64,000 nt of DNA from an uncultured Gammaproteobacteria bacterium (GCA_964547465.1 CAZJNI010000004.1:19927-83926), one strand, 5' to 3'. Positions 20,453-30,180 are shown, numbered from the stretch's first letter. The notes: generated by a model from the letters alone, not told the origin. Program-made: numbers and translations.

Positions 20453-21214
20453 ATGAATATGAAAAAAATAGAAACAAAGAAAAACTTAAAAAAAATATTA
20501 AAAAAACATTCAGGTAGATCATCTGGTGGTATGGTTACTGTCCGGGGTCAGGGCGGCAGACACAAAAGATACTTTAGACAAATAGATTTTAAAAGAGAAA
20601 AATTTGGAGTTGAGGGTTTGGTTGCCGGCATTGAATATGACCCGAATAGAAATGTTGATATTGCTTTAGTTAAATATTCAGATGGTGAATATAGATATAT
20701 TCTTTCCCCAAAAGATCTAAAAGTGGGAGATAAGATTAAATCTGATCAAAAGGTTGAAGCCAAAGTAGGCAATGCTATGAAACTTAAAAATATCACAGTC
20801 GGCGCATTTTTACACAATGTTGAGTTAATGCCTGGTAGAGGTGGACAAATGGGTAGATCTGCGGGTACTGTGATACAACTTTTAGCCAAAGAAGCAGGAT
20901 TTGCGCATTTGAAATTGCCATCTGGTGAAATTAGAATGGTTCCCCTGGAATCAATGGCCACGATCGGCATGTTGGGAAATGAGGAAATGAGAGCCAGAGT
21001 AATAGGCAAAGCCGGAAGATCCCGCCATATGGGGATCAAGCCAACTGTTCGGGGTATTGCCCAGGATCCTGATTCACATCCACACGGTGGGGGCGAGGGA
21101 AGATCTGGAATAGGACGAAAGCGGCCAATGACCAAATATGGTCGTCCTGCTGTTGGTAAAACCAGGAATAAAAAGAAATGGACAAATAAGTATATTATAA
21201 AGAGGATAAATTAA
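20453..21214 (+). CDS. rplB: 50S ribosomal protein L2
   Basis: GRNxxG...HPHGGGEGR motifs. Confidence 0.9.
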   Translation: MNMKKIETKKNLKKILKKHSGRSSGGMVTVRGQGGRHKRYFRQIDFKREKFGVEGLVAGIEYDPNRNVDIALVKYSDGEYRYILSPKDLKVGDKIKSDQKVEAKVGNAMKLKNITVGAFLHNVELMPGRGGQMGRSAGTVIQLLAKEAGFAHLKLPSGEIRMVPLESMATIGMLGNEEMRARVIGKAGRSRHMGIKPTVRGIAQDPDSHPHGGGEGRSGIGRKRPMTKYGRPAVGKTRNKKKWTNKYIIKRIN

Positions 21215-21215
21215 T

Positions 21216-21521
21216 ATGAGCAGATCAACTAAAAAAGGACCATATATTGACGAAAAGTTACTTAAGAAAGTAATGGCTCAAAAAGGAGCTGCCGGTAAAG
21301 GGGGCGCCTCCGGCACTAAAGACCCTATAAAGACTTGGGCCAGAAGATCACAAATTTCACCTGAATTTGTGGGCCACAGCTTTTTAGTTCACCAGGGGAA
21401 AAATTTTGTGACGGTTTTTGTATCAGAATCTATGGTGGGACATAGGTTAGGTGAGTTTGCACCAACCAGAATATTTAGAACACATGGAACAGTTACCAAA
21501 AGAACATTGGAGAAAACATAG
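21216..21521 (+). CDS. rpsS: 30S ribosomal protein S19
   Basis: KKGPYID...[13 protein letters not shown]. Confidence 0.9.
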   Translation: MSRSTKKGPYIDEKLLKKVMAQKGAAGKGGASGTKDPIKTWARRSQISPEFVGHSFLVHQGKNFVTVFVSESMVGHRLGEFAPTRIFRTHGTVTKRTLEKT

Positions 21522-21914
21522 ATGGAAGTTGTAACAATACAAAAATATATGCATACTACCCCCAGAAAGTTAAGACTTGTGGCAGATATGGTTCGTAAGA
21601 TGGCACCCACTCAAGCTTTAGATATTTTAAGGATTACCCCGAAGATGGCAGCTAAAGATTTAAGCAAGGCTTTGGAAACTGTATTGGCAAATGCAAAACA
21701 ACTTGGACTGGATACACAAAATATTTCTCTTAAGTCAATTGAAATAAACGAGAGTACAAAAATGAAAAGATATAGAGCTGGCACAAGAGGCAGGGCAAAG
21801 CCTTTTAAAAGAAGAATGGCACATATTAAAATCGTCGTTACCGACGATTTAAATGTCAAAAGTCAAATGTCAAAAGTCAAAACTGAAAAAGTAGAAGAAA
21901 TGGAGAAGAAATAG
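21522..21914 (+). CDS. rplV: 50S ribosomal protein L22 with repeat-encoded C-terminal tail
   Basis: L22 homology; last 22 aa encoded by 7-nt tandem repeat. Confidence 0.9.
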   Translation: MEVVTIQKYMHTTPRKLRLVADMVRKMAPTQALDILRITPKMAAKDLSKALETVLANAKQLGLDTQNISLKSIEINESTKMKRYRAGTRGRAKPFKRRMAHIKIVVTDDLNVKSQMSKVKTEKVEEMEKK

Positions 21915-22552
21915 TGGGACAAAAGATTAATCCGGTCGGTTTCAGGATGGGTATTTCAACCAGTTGGAGATCCCGTTGGTATGCTGCGGGTGGGAAATAC
22001 AAACAGTTTGTTTTAGAAGATTTAAAGATTAGAGGGATACTTATGAAAAAATTAAAACCTGCAGGTATACAAAATGTGGAAATTGAAAGGGCTGTTAATA
22101 AATTAAAAGTGATCATTTTTGTTTCCCGTCCGGGAATTTTAATAGGCAGAGGTGGGTCAGGACTCACAGAATTGAAGAAGTTTTTACTTAGAGAACTACA
22201 GCTTAAGGATGAAGCTTTAGAGATTGTGCCAATGGAACTTAAAGCCGCGGATCTGACAGCTTATTTGGTAGCGCAATCAATTGCAGAACAGCTGATTAAA
22301 AGATTACCGGCACAAAGAGTGATGAATCAGGCTATAGATAGAGTGATGAGGTCTGGTGCCAAGGGAGTCAGGGTTGTATTGTCTGGTAGGATTGGCGGAG
22401 CAGAGATTGCCAGAAGAGAATGGAAAGCATCAGGTACAATGCCGCTGCATACATTACGTGCAGATATAGACTTTACTTCCTACCCTGCTTTGACAAAATC
22501 CGGGTTTGTTGGGGTAAAAGTTTGGATTAACAGAGGAGAAGTGGAGATTTAA
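21914..22552 (+). CDS. rpsC: 30S ribosomal protein S3 (GTG start overlapping rplV stop)
   Basis: KH domain + S3 C-terminal domain homology. Confidence 0.9.
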   Translation: MGQKINPVGFRMGISTSWRSRWYAAGGKYKQFVLEDLKIRGILMKKLKPAGIQNVEIERAVNKLKVIIFVSRPGILIGRGGSGLTELKKFLLRELQLKDEALEIVPMELKAADLTAYLVAQSIAEQLIKRLPAQRVMNQAIDRVMRSGAKGVRVVLSGRIGGAEIARREWKASGTMPLHTLRADIDFTSYPALTKSGFVGVKVWINRGEVEI

Positions 22553-22553
22553 T

Positions 22554-22964
22554 ATGGCGCTGCTACAACCAAAAAGAACAAAATATAGAAAAGTTTTTAA
22601 AGGCCAAAGAGGTGGAGTTGCGACTCGGGGAAACAGTTTATCTTTTGGCACTTTTGGAATAAAGGCAATGGAGGCAGGTTGGATTAGTGCAAGACAACTT
22701 GAGGCAGCGAGACGTGCCATGGCTCATTACACCCAAAGAGGTGGACGTATTTGGATCAGGATTTTTCCTGATAAACCAATTACCAAACACCCGGCAGAGT
22801 CCCGGATGGGTTCTGGCAAGGGGGACGTGGAAGGATATGTGGCAGTTGTGAAACCCGGACAGTTAATTTTTGAAATGGGGGCTGTATCTCGTGAAATTGC
22901 AGATGAAGCATTAAGGTTGGCTTCTCATAAATTGCCAATTGATACAAGATTTGTGGAGAAGTAA
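22554..22964 (+). CDS. rplP: 50S ribosomal protein L16
   Basis: L16 homology, 136 aa. Confidence 0.9.
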   Translation: MALLQPKRTKYRKVFKGQRGGVATRGNSLSFGTFGIKAMEAGWISARQLEAARRAMAHYTQRGGRIWIRIFPDKPITKHPAESRMGSGKGDVEGYVAVVKPGQLIFEMGAVSREIADEALRLASHKLPIDTRFVEK

Positions 22965-22966
22965 TT

Positions 22967-23314
22967 ATGAAAAAACAAGAATTTGTACAAATTAAAGGAT
23001 TAGATATTAAAGAGTTAAAAGCCAAGGTAGTAGCGCTAAAGGATGAAATTGCCAAACTGACAATGGAAAAAAATAGAAAGATATTAAAAGATCTAAAAAG
23101 TATCTTTAAGAAAAGAAAAGATTTAGCTCAAGTTCTAACTGTTTTAAAACAGAAAGAATTATTGGGACAGTTAGAGTCAAGAGTCAAGAATCAAGAGTCA
23201 AGTGAAGAAGTAAAAAGTCAAAATAATACACCCTCCACTAAAGTGGGGCCAAAAGTTAAAGGTATAAGTAAAAAGGAAAAAGTAAAAAAAGGAAAGGAGA
23301 AATCTAGTCCCTAG
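22967..23314 (+). CDS. rpmC: 50S ribosomal protein L29 with 46 aa C-terminal extension identical to the S17 tail
   Basis: L29 core first ~65 aa; extension encoded by 163 bp direct repeat. Confidence 0.8.
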   Translation: MKKQEFVQIKGLDIKELKAKVVALKDEIAKLTMEKNRKILKDLKSIFKKRKDLAQVLTVLKQKELLGQLESRVKNQESSEEVKSQNNTPSTKVGPKVKGISKKEKVKKGKEKSSP

Positions 23315-23335
23315 ACTCTAGTAACTAGTCACTAA
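23173..23335. repeat. 163 bp perfect direct repeat, copy 1 (3' end of rpmC + junction)
   Basis: Identical to 23648-23810. Confidence 0.9.
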
Positions 23336-23338
23336 CTT

Positions 23339-23779
23339 ATGATAGGTCGTGTTACATCAACAAAAATGCAAAAAACAGCGGTTGTTTTAATAGAAAGAAT
23401 AGCAATGCATCCTTTGTATAAAAAAACTTATAAAAGATCTAAAAAGTATTTAGTGGATGATCCAATAGGAGTTAAAGACGGGGATTTGGTGGAGATTATA
23501 AAAGTTAGCCCTATATCTAGAAATAAACATTGGAGGATTATTAAAGTTGTAGGTAAGAATCTGGCCGAGATTGCGGAAGAGAAGCTAAAGGCTCAAGCTG
23601 AAAAGGTGATTTCAGAAGTAATGCCGGAAGAGAAAGTAGAGTCAAGAGTCAAGAATCAAGAGTCAAGTGAAGAAGTAAAAAGTCAAAATAATACACCCTC
23701 CACTAAAGTGGGGCCAAAAGTTAAAGGTATAAGTAAAAAGGAAAAAGTAAAAAAAGGAAAGGAGAAATCTAGTCCCTAG
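23339..23779 (+). CDS. rpsQ: 30S ribosomal protein S17 with long C-terminal extension
   Basis: S17 core (TKMQKTAVV...HWRIIKVV) then extension whose last 46 aa equal the L29 tail. Confidence 0.85.
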   Translation: MIGRVTSTKMQKTAVVLIERIAMHPLYKKTYKRSKKYLVDDPIGVKDGDLVEIIKVSPISRNKHWRIIKVVGKNLAEIAEEKLKAQAEKVISEVMPEEKVESRVKNQESSEEVKSQNNTPSTKVGPKVKGISKKEKVKKGKEKSSP

Positions 23780-23810
23780 ACTCTAGTAACTAGTCACTAA
23801 TTATATGGTT
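23648..23810. repeat. 163 bp perfect direct repeat, copy 2 (3' end of rpsQ + junction)
   Basis: Identical to 23173-23335. Confidence 0.9.
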
Positions 23811-24173
23811 CAGCATAGAACAAGATTAAATGTGGCAGATAATAGCGGTGCAAAAGCTCTGCAGGTTATTCAGCCTCTTGGTGGATCTGGTAAAAGAAAA
23901 GCCACAATTGGCGAGATTGTGGTAGCAGTTGTAAAAGGGGCAGATCCTAATGGTCAAGTAAAAAATCATGAGGTGGTAAGAACTGTGATAGTTAGAACTA
24001 AAAAAGAGATAAGACGTGATGATGGTTCCTATATCAAATTTGACGACAACGCAGGGGTAGTGATAGATAATGATGGTAATTTACGCTCAAGCAGAATTTT
24101 TGGACCAATTGCCAGAGAAATCAGGGATAAAGGTTTTACAAAAATTGTTTCACTTGCCCAGGAGGTATGGTAG
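23805..24173 (+). CDS. rplN: 50S ribosomal protein L14
   Basis: L14 homology, 122 aa. Confidence 0.9.
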   Translation: MVQHRTRLNVADNSGAKALQVIQPLGGSGKRKATIGEIVVAVVKGADPNGQVKNHEVVRTVIVRTKKEIRRDDGSYIKFDDNAGVVIDNDGNLRSSRIFGPIAREIRDKGFTKIVSLAQEVW

Positions 24174-24508
24174 TGAAAAAATTAAAAATTAAAAATTTAA
24201 AATTAAAAATTAAGAAAGGAGATAAGGTCAAAATTTTGCTTGGTAAAGATAGAGGTAAGGAAGGATCAGTCGCTTATGTTTTAGGGAAAAGTAGAAAGGT
24301 ATTTGTTGAAGGAGCAAATCTTTACAAAAGACATGTCAAAAAAATGCAAGAGGTTAAAGGAAGAATTATTGATATACCAAAACCAATGAGTATCTCTAAT
24401 GTTGCTCTGATATGTCCTAATTGCAAAAAGATCACAAGGATAGGATACAAAAAGCTAGGAAATGATAAGGTAAGAATCTGTAAAAAGTGTAAGAAGGAGA
24501 TTAAATGA
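24167..24508 (+). CDS. rplX: 50S ribosomal protein L24 with C-terminal CxxC...CxxC zinc-ribbon extension
   Basis: KOW motif [16 protein letters not shown]; tail CPNCKK...CKKCKK; N-terminus encoded by (AAAAATT)x5 repeat. Confidence 0.85.
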   Translation: MVVKKLKIKNLKLKIKKGDKVKILLGKDRGKEGSVAYVLGKSRKVFVEGANLYKRHVKKMQEVKGRIIDIPKPMSISNVALICPNCKKITRIGYKKLGNDKVRICKKCKKEIK

Positions 24509-24514
24509 AATAAG

Positions 24515-24563
24515 CGGACGATCTGAAGGAGATCCTTCGTCGCTAATTGCTCCTCGGGATGAC
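24515..24563. repeat. MITE-like element, right-half copy E
   Basis: ...CCTTCGTCGCTAATTGCTCCTCGGGATGAC. Confidence 0.6.
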
Positions 24564-24594
24564 AAACAAATTTAAGAAATTGTAATTTGTTTGT
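24562..24594 (+). promoter_or_regulatory. Perfect 11-bp-stem hairpin (ACAAACAAATT-N11-AATTTGTTTGT) ending 3 nt before rplE ATG
   Basis: Sequence inspection. Confidence 0.4.
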
Positions 24595-24597
24595 CAA

Positions 24598-25164
24598 ATG
24601 ACTATGGATAGACTTAAGGAAAAATATTTAAAAGAAATAAGAGCTAAACTGCAACAGGAGCTGGGTATTAAAAATGCACTGGCTGTTCCACAGGTGGAAA
24701 AAGTGGTTATCAGTATTGGTTTAGGTGAGGCAAAAGAGAATAAGGATGTATTAGAAAAAGCTAAGGTTTATTTAACAGCTTTGGCTGGACAAACACCGGT
24801 TGTGACTCTGGCCAAAAAATCAATTGCATCTTTTAAGGTATCAGTCGGTCAACCAATTGGGATGATGGTTACATTAAGAGGGACAAGAATGTATGCCTTT
24901 TTGGATAAATTGATAAATATAGTTTTACCAAAGGTAAGAGATTTTAAAGGAATTTCTCAAAGCTCTTTTGATAGCATGGGAAATTTAAATATTGGTTTGC
25001 GGGAACAGACTGTTTTCCCGGAAGTTGATTATAAAACAGTTGATAAAGTTAGAGGGTTAGCAGTTACTATTACAACAACAAGCAAAAATCAAGAGCAAGG
25101 CAAAAAGCTTTTAGAGCTTTTAGGAATGCCTTTTAGAAAGGACAGTCAAGTCGCTAGAGTCTAG
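24598..25164 (+). CDS. rplE: 50S ribosomal protein L5
   Basis: L5 homology, 188 aa. Confidence 0.9.
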   Translation: MTMDRLKEKYLKEIRAKLQQELGIKNALAVPQVEKVVISIGLGEAKENKDVLEKAKVYLTALAGQTPVVTLAKKSIASFKVSVGQPIGMMVTLRGTRMYAFLDKLINIVLPKVRDFKGISQSSFDSMGNLNIGLREQTVFPEVDYKTVDKVRGLAVTITTTSKNQEQGKKLLELLGMPFRKDSQVARV

Positions 25165-25183
25165 GTTCTAGTCACTATAATTT

Positions 25184-25363
25184 ATGGCAAAGGTGAGCAA
25201 TATTGTTAAAAAGAAATTTAAATACGAAGTACAAAAACACAGCCGGTGTTCACGTTGTGGTAGAGCTCGTTCGTATCTTCGAAAATTTGGACTTTGCAGA
25301 TTATGCTTTAGAGAACTTGCTCATTTAGGGCAATTGCCCGGAGTAAAGAAAGCGAGTTGGTAA
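25184..25363 (+). CDS. rpsZ: 30S ribosomal protein S14 type Z (zinc-binding), 59 aa; absent from ORF track
   Basis: [59 protein letters not shown] with CxxC...CxxC, in canonical rplE-rpsH position. Confidence 0.85.
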   Translation: MAKVSNIVKKKFKYEVQKHSRCSRCGRARSYLRKFGLCRLCFRELAHLGQLPGVKKASW

Positions 25364-25367
25364 GACT

Positions 25368-25742
25368 ATGGATCCAATATCAGATGCGCTAATTAGAATA
25401 AAAAACGGTTATTTATCCGCAAGCCAGAAGGTGGATGTGAGATATTCAAAACTTACTTTACAAATTATCAAATTACTTGAGAAAGAAGGATTTGTAGAAA
25501 AAGTTTCCCAAAAAGATCATGCAATAGAAGTAATACTTAAATATACAAACAGACAGCCTGCATTAACTGATGTAAAAAGAGTTTCTAAACCGTCCTTGAG
25601 AGTTTATAAAGGTGTAAAGCAGCTGCCAAGAGTTTTAAATGGCCTGGGATTTGCAATAATCTCTACACCTAAAGGCATAATGAGCGAAAAAGAGGCAAAA
25701 AAACAAAATGTAGGAGGAGAAGTATTAGCACTTATCTGGTAA
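25368..25742 (+). CDS. rpsH: 30S ribosomal protein S8
   Basis: S8 homology, 124 aa. Confidence 0.9.
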   Translation: MDPISDALIRIKNGYLSASQKVDVRYSKLTLQIIKLLEKEGFVEKVSQKDHAIEVILKYTNRQPALTDVKRVSKPSLRVYKGVKQLPRVLNGLGFAIISTPKGIMSEKEAKKQNVGGEVLALIW

Positions 25743-25746
25743 TTTT

Positions 25747-26328
25747 ATGAGTAGAATTGGAAATGCACCTATTTTAATAGTTTCCGGGGTAACAGTTGAA
25801 AAGACCGGGAAAACTGTGTTGGTTAGTGGACCAAAGGGAAGCCTAAAAATTGATGTACATCCGTCAATCACTGTTGAGATTGAGAAGGATAATGTGATTA
25901 TAAAAAGAAAAGGTGAGCAAAAAAATATTAAGGCTCTGCATGGTTTGGTTAGAAGTTTAATTGCGAATATGATCGTCGGTGTGACTGAAGGATGGACTAA
26001 AAATTTGGAGCTGGTGGGTGTAGGTTTTAGGGCACAGACTGCTGGAAACAAATTGGTATTAAACGTAGGTTACTCACACCCGGTAGAAATCGATAGCCCT
26101 GAAGGTATTAGTTTTGAAGTAGCGGATAATATCAAAATCAAAGTAACTGGAATTGATAAACAGTTAGTAGGTCAGATTTCTGCAAATATTAAAAAGGTTA
26201 GAATACCAGATGTTTATAAAGGTAAGGGTATAAGATATGAGGGCGAATATATCAGAAAGAAGTTAGGAAAAACCGGTAAGATAGGAGCAGCTGGTGTTGG
26301 GGCGGGAGGGGCAGCTGGAGGCAAATGA
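25747..26328 (+). CDS. rplF: 50S ribosomal protein L6 (Gly/Ala-rich C-terminal tail)
   Basis: L6 homology; tail [15 protein letters not shown]. Confidence 0.9.
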   Translation: MSRIGNAPILIVSGVTVEKTGKTVLVSGPKGSLKIDVHPSITVEIEKDNVIIKRKGEQKNIKALHGLVRSLIANMIVGVTEGWTKNLELVGVGFRAQTAGNKLVLNVGYSHPVEIDSPEGISFEVADNIKIKVTGIDKQLVGQISANIKKVRIPDVYKGKGIRYEGEYIRKKLGKTGKIGAAGVGAGGAAGGK

Positions 26329-26329
26329 T

Positions 26330-26662
26330 ATGAACAGAGTGCATAGAATAAAGCGACATAAAAGAATACGTAAATATCTTGCTGGAACAGCTAGCTTTCC
26401 CCGTCTGGCAATTTTTAGATCCAGCAAACATATTTTTGCTCAAGTAATTGATGATGGCAGTGGAAGAACTTTAATCGCTCTATCTGATGATAAGGAAACT
26501 GGTACCAAGGTTGAGAAAGCTTATAAAGTGGGAAAGAAATTAGCAGAAAAAGCATTAGAGAATAAAATTACATCTGTTGTATTTGATAGAGGTGGATTTT
26601 TGTATCATGGTAGAGTGGAGATGATTGCAAAAGGCGCCAGAGAAGGAGGACTGAAGTTTTAG
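26330..26662 (+). CDS. rplR: 50S ribosomal protein L18
   Basis: L18 homology beginning [15 protein letters not shown]; ORF track start 26294 overlaps rplF. Confidence 0.85.
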   Translation: MNRVHRIKRHKRIRKYLAGTASFPRLAIFRSSKHIFAQVIDDGSGRTLIALSDDKETGTKVEKAYKVGKKLAEKALENKITSVVFDRGGFLYHGRVEMIAKGAREGGLKF

Positions 26663-26691
26663 CGCAAAGCGCCCCTCGCGCAAAGCGCCCC
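26656..26691. repeat. Tandem GC-rich 15-mer (GCGCAAAGCGCCCC)x2 between rplR and rpsE
   Basis: Each unit can form GCGC-AAA-GCGC mini-hairpin. Confidence 0.6.
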
Positions 26692-26694
26692 AAA

Positions 26695-27213
26695 ATGGAT
26701 AATAATAGAAATAATTTTAATCAAAGAAATAGAGGTGGAAATAGAGGGTTTCAATCCCCCCAGCTGGATAGTGAGTATTTTGAAAGGGTAGTGCAGGTAA
26801 ATCGTGTATCCAAAAAAACTAAAGGTGGAGATAAAAGGTCTTTATCGGTTTTGGTGGTTGTTGGTGATAAAAAAGGCAAAGTAGGTGTTGGACTGGGAAA
26901 AGCTCAAGAGGTTCAATCAGCAGTTAGGAAAGCTACCACATATGCAAAAAAACATATGATAGAAGTGCCTTTAAAAGGAAGGACGATTCCACATCAAATT
27001 TTAATTAAAAAAGGAGCGGCACAAGTTCTTTTGAAACCAGCCCCGGTTGGAACTGGTGTGATAGCAGGAGGGGCAGTCAGGGTGGTTGTTGAGGCAGCAG
27101 GGATTCATGATATAGTTTCTAAGGCTTTAGGTACAGAAAATAAAGCTTCAAATGTCTATGCAACAATGGAGGCCTTAAGCAAGCTAAGATCAGTAAAGGA
27201 TATTAAGAGATGA
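26695..27213 (+). CDS. rpsE: 30S ribosomal protein S5
   Basis: S5 homology, 172 aa. Confidence 0.9.
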   Translation: MDNNRNNFNQRNRGGNRGFQSPQLDSEYFERVVQVNRVSKKTKGGDKRSLSVLVVVGDKKGKVGVGLGKAQEVQSAVRKATTYAKKHMIEVPLKGRTIPHQILIKKGAAQVLLKPAPVGTGVIAGGAVRVVVEAAGIHDIVSKALGTENKASNVYATMEALSKLRSVKDIKR

Positions 27214-27644
27214 AACTACACCAGTTAATAAAAGTTATACATAAATCCAAAAAAAGAATAGGTCGGGGGTTGGGATCTGGTAGAGGTAAAACTTCAGGTA
27301 GAGGCACAAAGGGTCAAAAAGCCAGAGGAAAAATCCCGGTAGGATTTTCTGGAGATTTATCTTTATATAAAAAACTGCCTTTGAAAAAAGGTCAGGGAAA
27401 CCCTAAAATTTCACAAAAACCAAATGTTATAAATTTATCTGCTCTTAATATTTTTAAATCAAAAACAGTTGTCACTTTAGAGGAGTTGATTAATGCAAAA
27501 ATTTTGACGGAGAAAAACAGCAAAAAGGGGGTAAAGATTTTGGGTAATGGTGAGATTAATGTTGCATTAATAATTAAAATTCCTGTATCCAAAACTGCCC
27601 AACAAAAGATAGAGAAAAAAGGTGGAAAGGTGGAGAATGTCTAA
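27210..27644 (+). CDS. rplO: 50S ribosomal protein L15 (directly follows rpsE; no rpmD/L30 gene)
   Basis: L15 homology [21 protein letters not shown]. Confidence 0.85.
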   Translation: MKLHQLIKVIHKSKKRIGRGLGSGRGKTSGRGTKGQKARGKIPVGFSGDLSLYKKLPLKKGQGNPKISQKPNVINLSALNIFKSKTVVTLEELINAKILTEKNSKKGVKILGNGEINVALIIKIPVSKTAQQKIEKKGGKVENV

Positions 27645-28932
27645 TTTATTATCTCCAATAATATCTGCTTTTAAAATTGCTGAACTTCGAAGAAAAATTA
27701 TAATTACTACGATTATAGTAATAATTTTTAGACTTGTTGCGCATATTCCGGTTTCAGGAGTTGATCTGGTAGGTTTGCAACAATTATTTTCCTCAAATCA
27801 ACTTTTAGGATTATTGGATATTTTCTCCGGTGGGACTTTGGCAAATTTTTCCATAATTTCCCTGGGTTTAAATCCTTATATTAATGCCTCAATTATTTTC
27901 CAGCTATTAACTATGATTATTCCCTCCCTCGAAACTTTATCCAAGGAAGGGGAATATGGTAGACAGATGATTAATCAGTATACAAGATATCTGACAATTC
28001 CCTTAGCTATTGTTCAATCAGTTGGGATGTTTGCTTTACTGAAAAATCAAGGAGTAATTAGCAACATTGCTCCAATACAGATTGCATCAATAATCGTTGG
28101 AATGACTGCCGGGACTATTTTTTTGATGTGGTTGGGGGAATTGATTACAGAGTATGGAATCGGTAATGGAATATCTCTTTTAATTTTTGCCGGAATAGTT
28201 TCCAGGATGCCGGTGGTTTTTACACAAACTGCTTCAGTTTTTGACCAATTGCAAACCTTGAATGTGTTAATTTTTGGGGCTTTAACAGTTTTAGTTATTG
28301 GAGCTGTGGTGTTTATGAATGAAGGTAGAAGACAAATACAGGTTCATTATGCCAGAAGATTTGTTGGTGGGCGACAGGGAGAAAGCGGTGCTCAAACTTA
28401 CCTTCCTTTAAGGGTTAATCAGGCAGGAGTTATCCCGATTATTTTTGCAGTTTCTCTGGTTTTGGTTCCTTCTTTTGCCGGCCAGTATTTATCTAATGTA
28501 GATCAGAGGCAACTTGCTTTTTTGGGCAGATGGTTGGCCGGCAATTTTGGCCCCACTAATCTTATTTATAATTTAGTTTATTTCTTATTGGTGGTTGGTT
28601 TTACCTTTTTCTATACAGCAGTTATTTTTAATCCGGTTAAAGTGTCTGATGAAATAAAAAAATATAATGGATTTATCCCCGGGATCAGACCGGGGGTTGC
28701 CACTGCCGCATACCTTAATTACATTATGGTGCGAGTAACTTTGGCAGGAGCTATCTTTTTGGGAACGGTGGCCATATTGCCATCAATCGCCACTCAAGTT
28801 ACCGGCATTACCACCTTAGTTTTAGGAGGAACAGGGCTTTTGATTGTGGTATCGGTGATTATGGATACAGCCAAACAATTTGAATCAAAACTTATTGAGA
28901 GAAGCTATGAGGTATTTGCAAAAAGATCATGA
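27622..28932 (+). CDS. secY: Preprotein translocase subunit SecY
   Basis: 10 TM topology, SecY homology, 436 aa. Confidence 0.9.
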   Translation: MERWRMSNLLSPIISAFKIAELRRKIIITTIIVIIFRLVAHIPVSGVDLVGLQQLFSSNQLLGLLDIFSGGTLANFSIISLGLNPYINASIIFQLLTMIIPSLETLSKEGEYGRQMINQYTRYLTIPLAIVQSVGMFALLKNQGVISNIAPIQIASIIVGMTAGTIFLMWLGELITEYGIGNGISLLIFAGIVSRMPVVFTQTASVFDQLQTLNVLIFGALTVLVIGAVVFMNEGRRQIQVHYARRFVGGRQGESGAQTYLPLRVNQAGVIPIIFAVSLVLVPSFAGQYLSNVDQRQLAFLGRWLAGNFGPTNLIYNLVYFLLVVGFTFFYTAVIFNPVKVSDEIKKYNGFIPGIRPGVATAAYLNYIMVRVTLAGAIFLGTVAILPSIATQVTGITTLVLGGTGLLIVVSVIMDTAKQFESKLIERSYEVFAKRS

Positions 28933-29441
28933 AAATATTATTAATTGGCCTGCAGGGTAGTGGAAAATCCACTCAAGCTAAATTGTTATCTGAATATTTA
29001 AATCTTCCTGTTATATCAACTGGTGATATTTTTAGAAAACAGGCATCAATCAATGAAATCATCAGAACTACTTTGCAGGAGGGCAAGTTGGTGGATGATA
29101 CAACAACCAGTAAAGTTGTTAAAGATAGATTAAATGAAAAAGATTGCCAAAATGGTTTTATTATGGATGGATATCCCCGGACTGTAGAGCAAATGAAGAT
29201 TTTTGATCCGGGCTTTGATAAAGTCTTTTATTTAGATGTTCCACAGGATATGGTAATTAAGAGACTAAGCCAAAGGGGGAGAGAAGATGACACAAATGAA
29301 CTGATTAGACGCAGATTGGATCTATATTACAAACAAACGCAACCTTTATTGGATTATTATAAAAGTTTGGGTAAATTAGTGGAAGTGGATGGATCAGGAG
29401 ATATACAAACAATTCAAGATGAAATCAAGAAATCGTTATGA
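28929..29441 (+). CDS. adk: Adenylate kinase (short form, no zinc lid)
   Basis: P-loop [11 protein letters not shown], 170 aa. Confidence 0.85.
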   Translation: MKILLIGLQGSGKSTQAKLLSEYLNLPVISTGDIFRKQASINEIIRTTLQEGKLVDDTTTSKVVKDRLNEKDCQNGFIMDGYPRTVEQMKIFDPGFDKVFYLDVPQDMVIKRLSQRGREDDTNELIRRRLDLYYKQTQPLLDYYKSLGKLVEVDGSGDIQTIQDEIKKSL

Positions 29442-30180
29442 GCTGGAGTTGATGAGAAAGTCTGGCAAGATTGCCTCATCTGCTCTGAAAAAAGCCACAG
29501 AGGCAATCAAGACGGGTGTAACTGAATTGGAAGTGGATAAAGTAGCGCAGGATGAGATTTATAAATTGGGTGGAAATTTGTCTTATAAGACTGTACCTGG
29601 GTACAACTATGCTACCTGTATAACCGTTAATGAACAGGTGGTGCATGGAATACCAACAGAGCGAAAGTTTAAGAGTGGAGATTTGGTAAGTATAGATTTG
29701 GCAGTTGAGTATAAGGGTTGGCATACAGATTGTGCATGGTCAGTGTTAGTGGGTCATGAGTCAAGTGTCAAGGGTCATGAAGAGAAAAAAAAATTTTTAA
29801 GCGTTGGAGAGCAGGCTCTTTGGGAAGGAATTGATAAAGCAATTGAAGGAAATAGCATTGGAGATATTTCAAATACTATTCAAAGTAGAGTTGAGGGTGC
29901 AGGCTACAGCGTAGTCAGGAGTTTGGTAGGTCACGGGGTTGGGAAAAGCCTGCATGAAGAACCGGAAATACCAGGGTTTGGAAAAGCGGGAGTTGGGGTA
30001 AGGTTAAAAGAAGGTATGACTTTGGCACTGGAGGTAATTTACACAAGCGGAAATCCGGAAGTGGTTTTAGAAGAAGATGGATGGACATTTTCCACATCAG
30101 ATGGTTCCTGGGGGGGTTTATTTGAAATGACAATAATTGTAGGAAAAAAGGAAGCTAAAGTATTAACCCGCCTTCGTTGA
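29419..30180 (+). CDS. map: Methionine aminopeptidase type I
   Basis: MAP pita-bread fold metal ligands (D..D..H..E..E pattern), ORF opens at 29389; start likely internal Met overlapping adk end. Confidence 0.85.
   Translation: MKSRNRYELELMRKSGKIASSALKKATEAIKTGVTELEVDKVAQDEIYKLGGNLSYKTVPGYNYATCITVNEQVVHGIPTERKFKSGDLVSIDLAVEYKGWHTDCAWSVLVGHESSVKGHEEKKKFLSVGEQALWEGIDKAIEGNSIGDISNTIQSRVEGAGYSVVRSLVGHGVGKSLHEEPEIPGFGKAGVGVRLKEGMTLALEVIYTSGNPEVVLEEDGWTFSTSDGSWGGLFEMTIIVGKKEAKVLTRLR

Noticed and set aside
23173-23810. Considered dismissing the 163-bp duplication as an assembly artefact
   Set aside because: Cannot be excluded from sequence alone, but both copies maintain correct reading frames and precise junctions with downstream start codons; it is therefore reported as a finding with this caveat.
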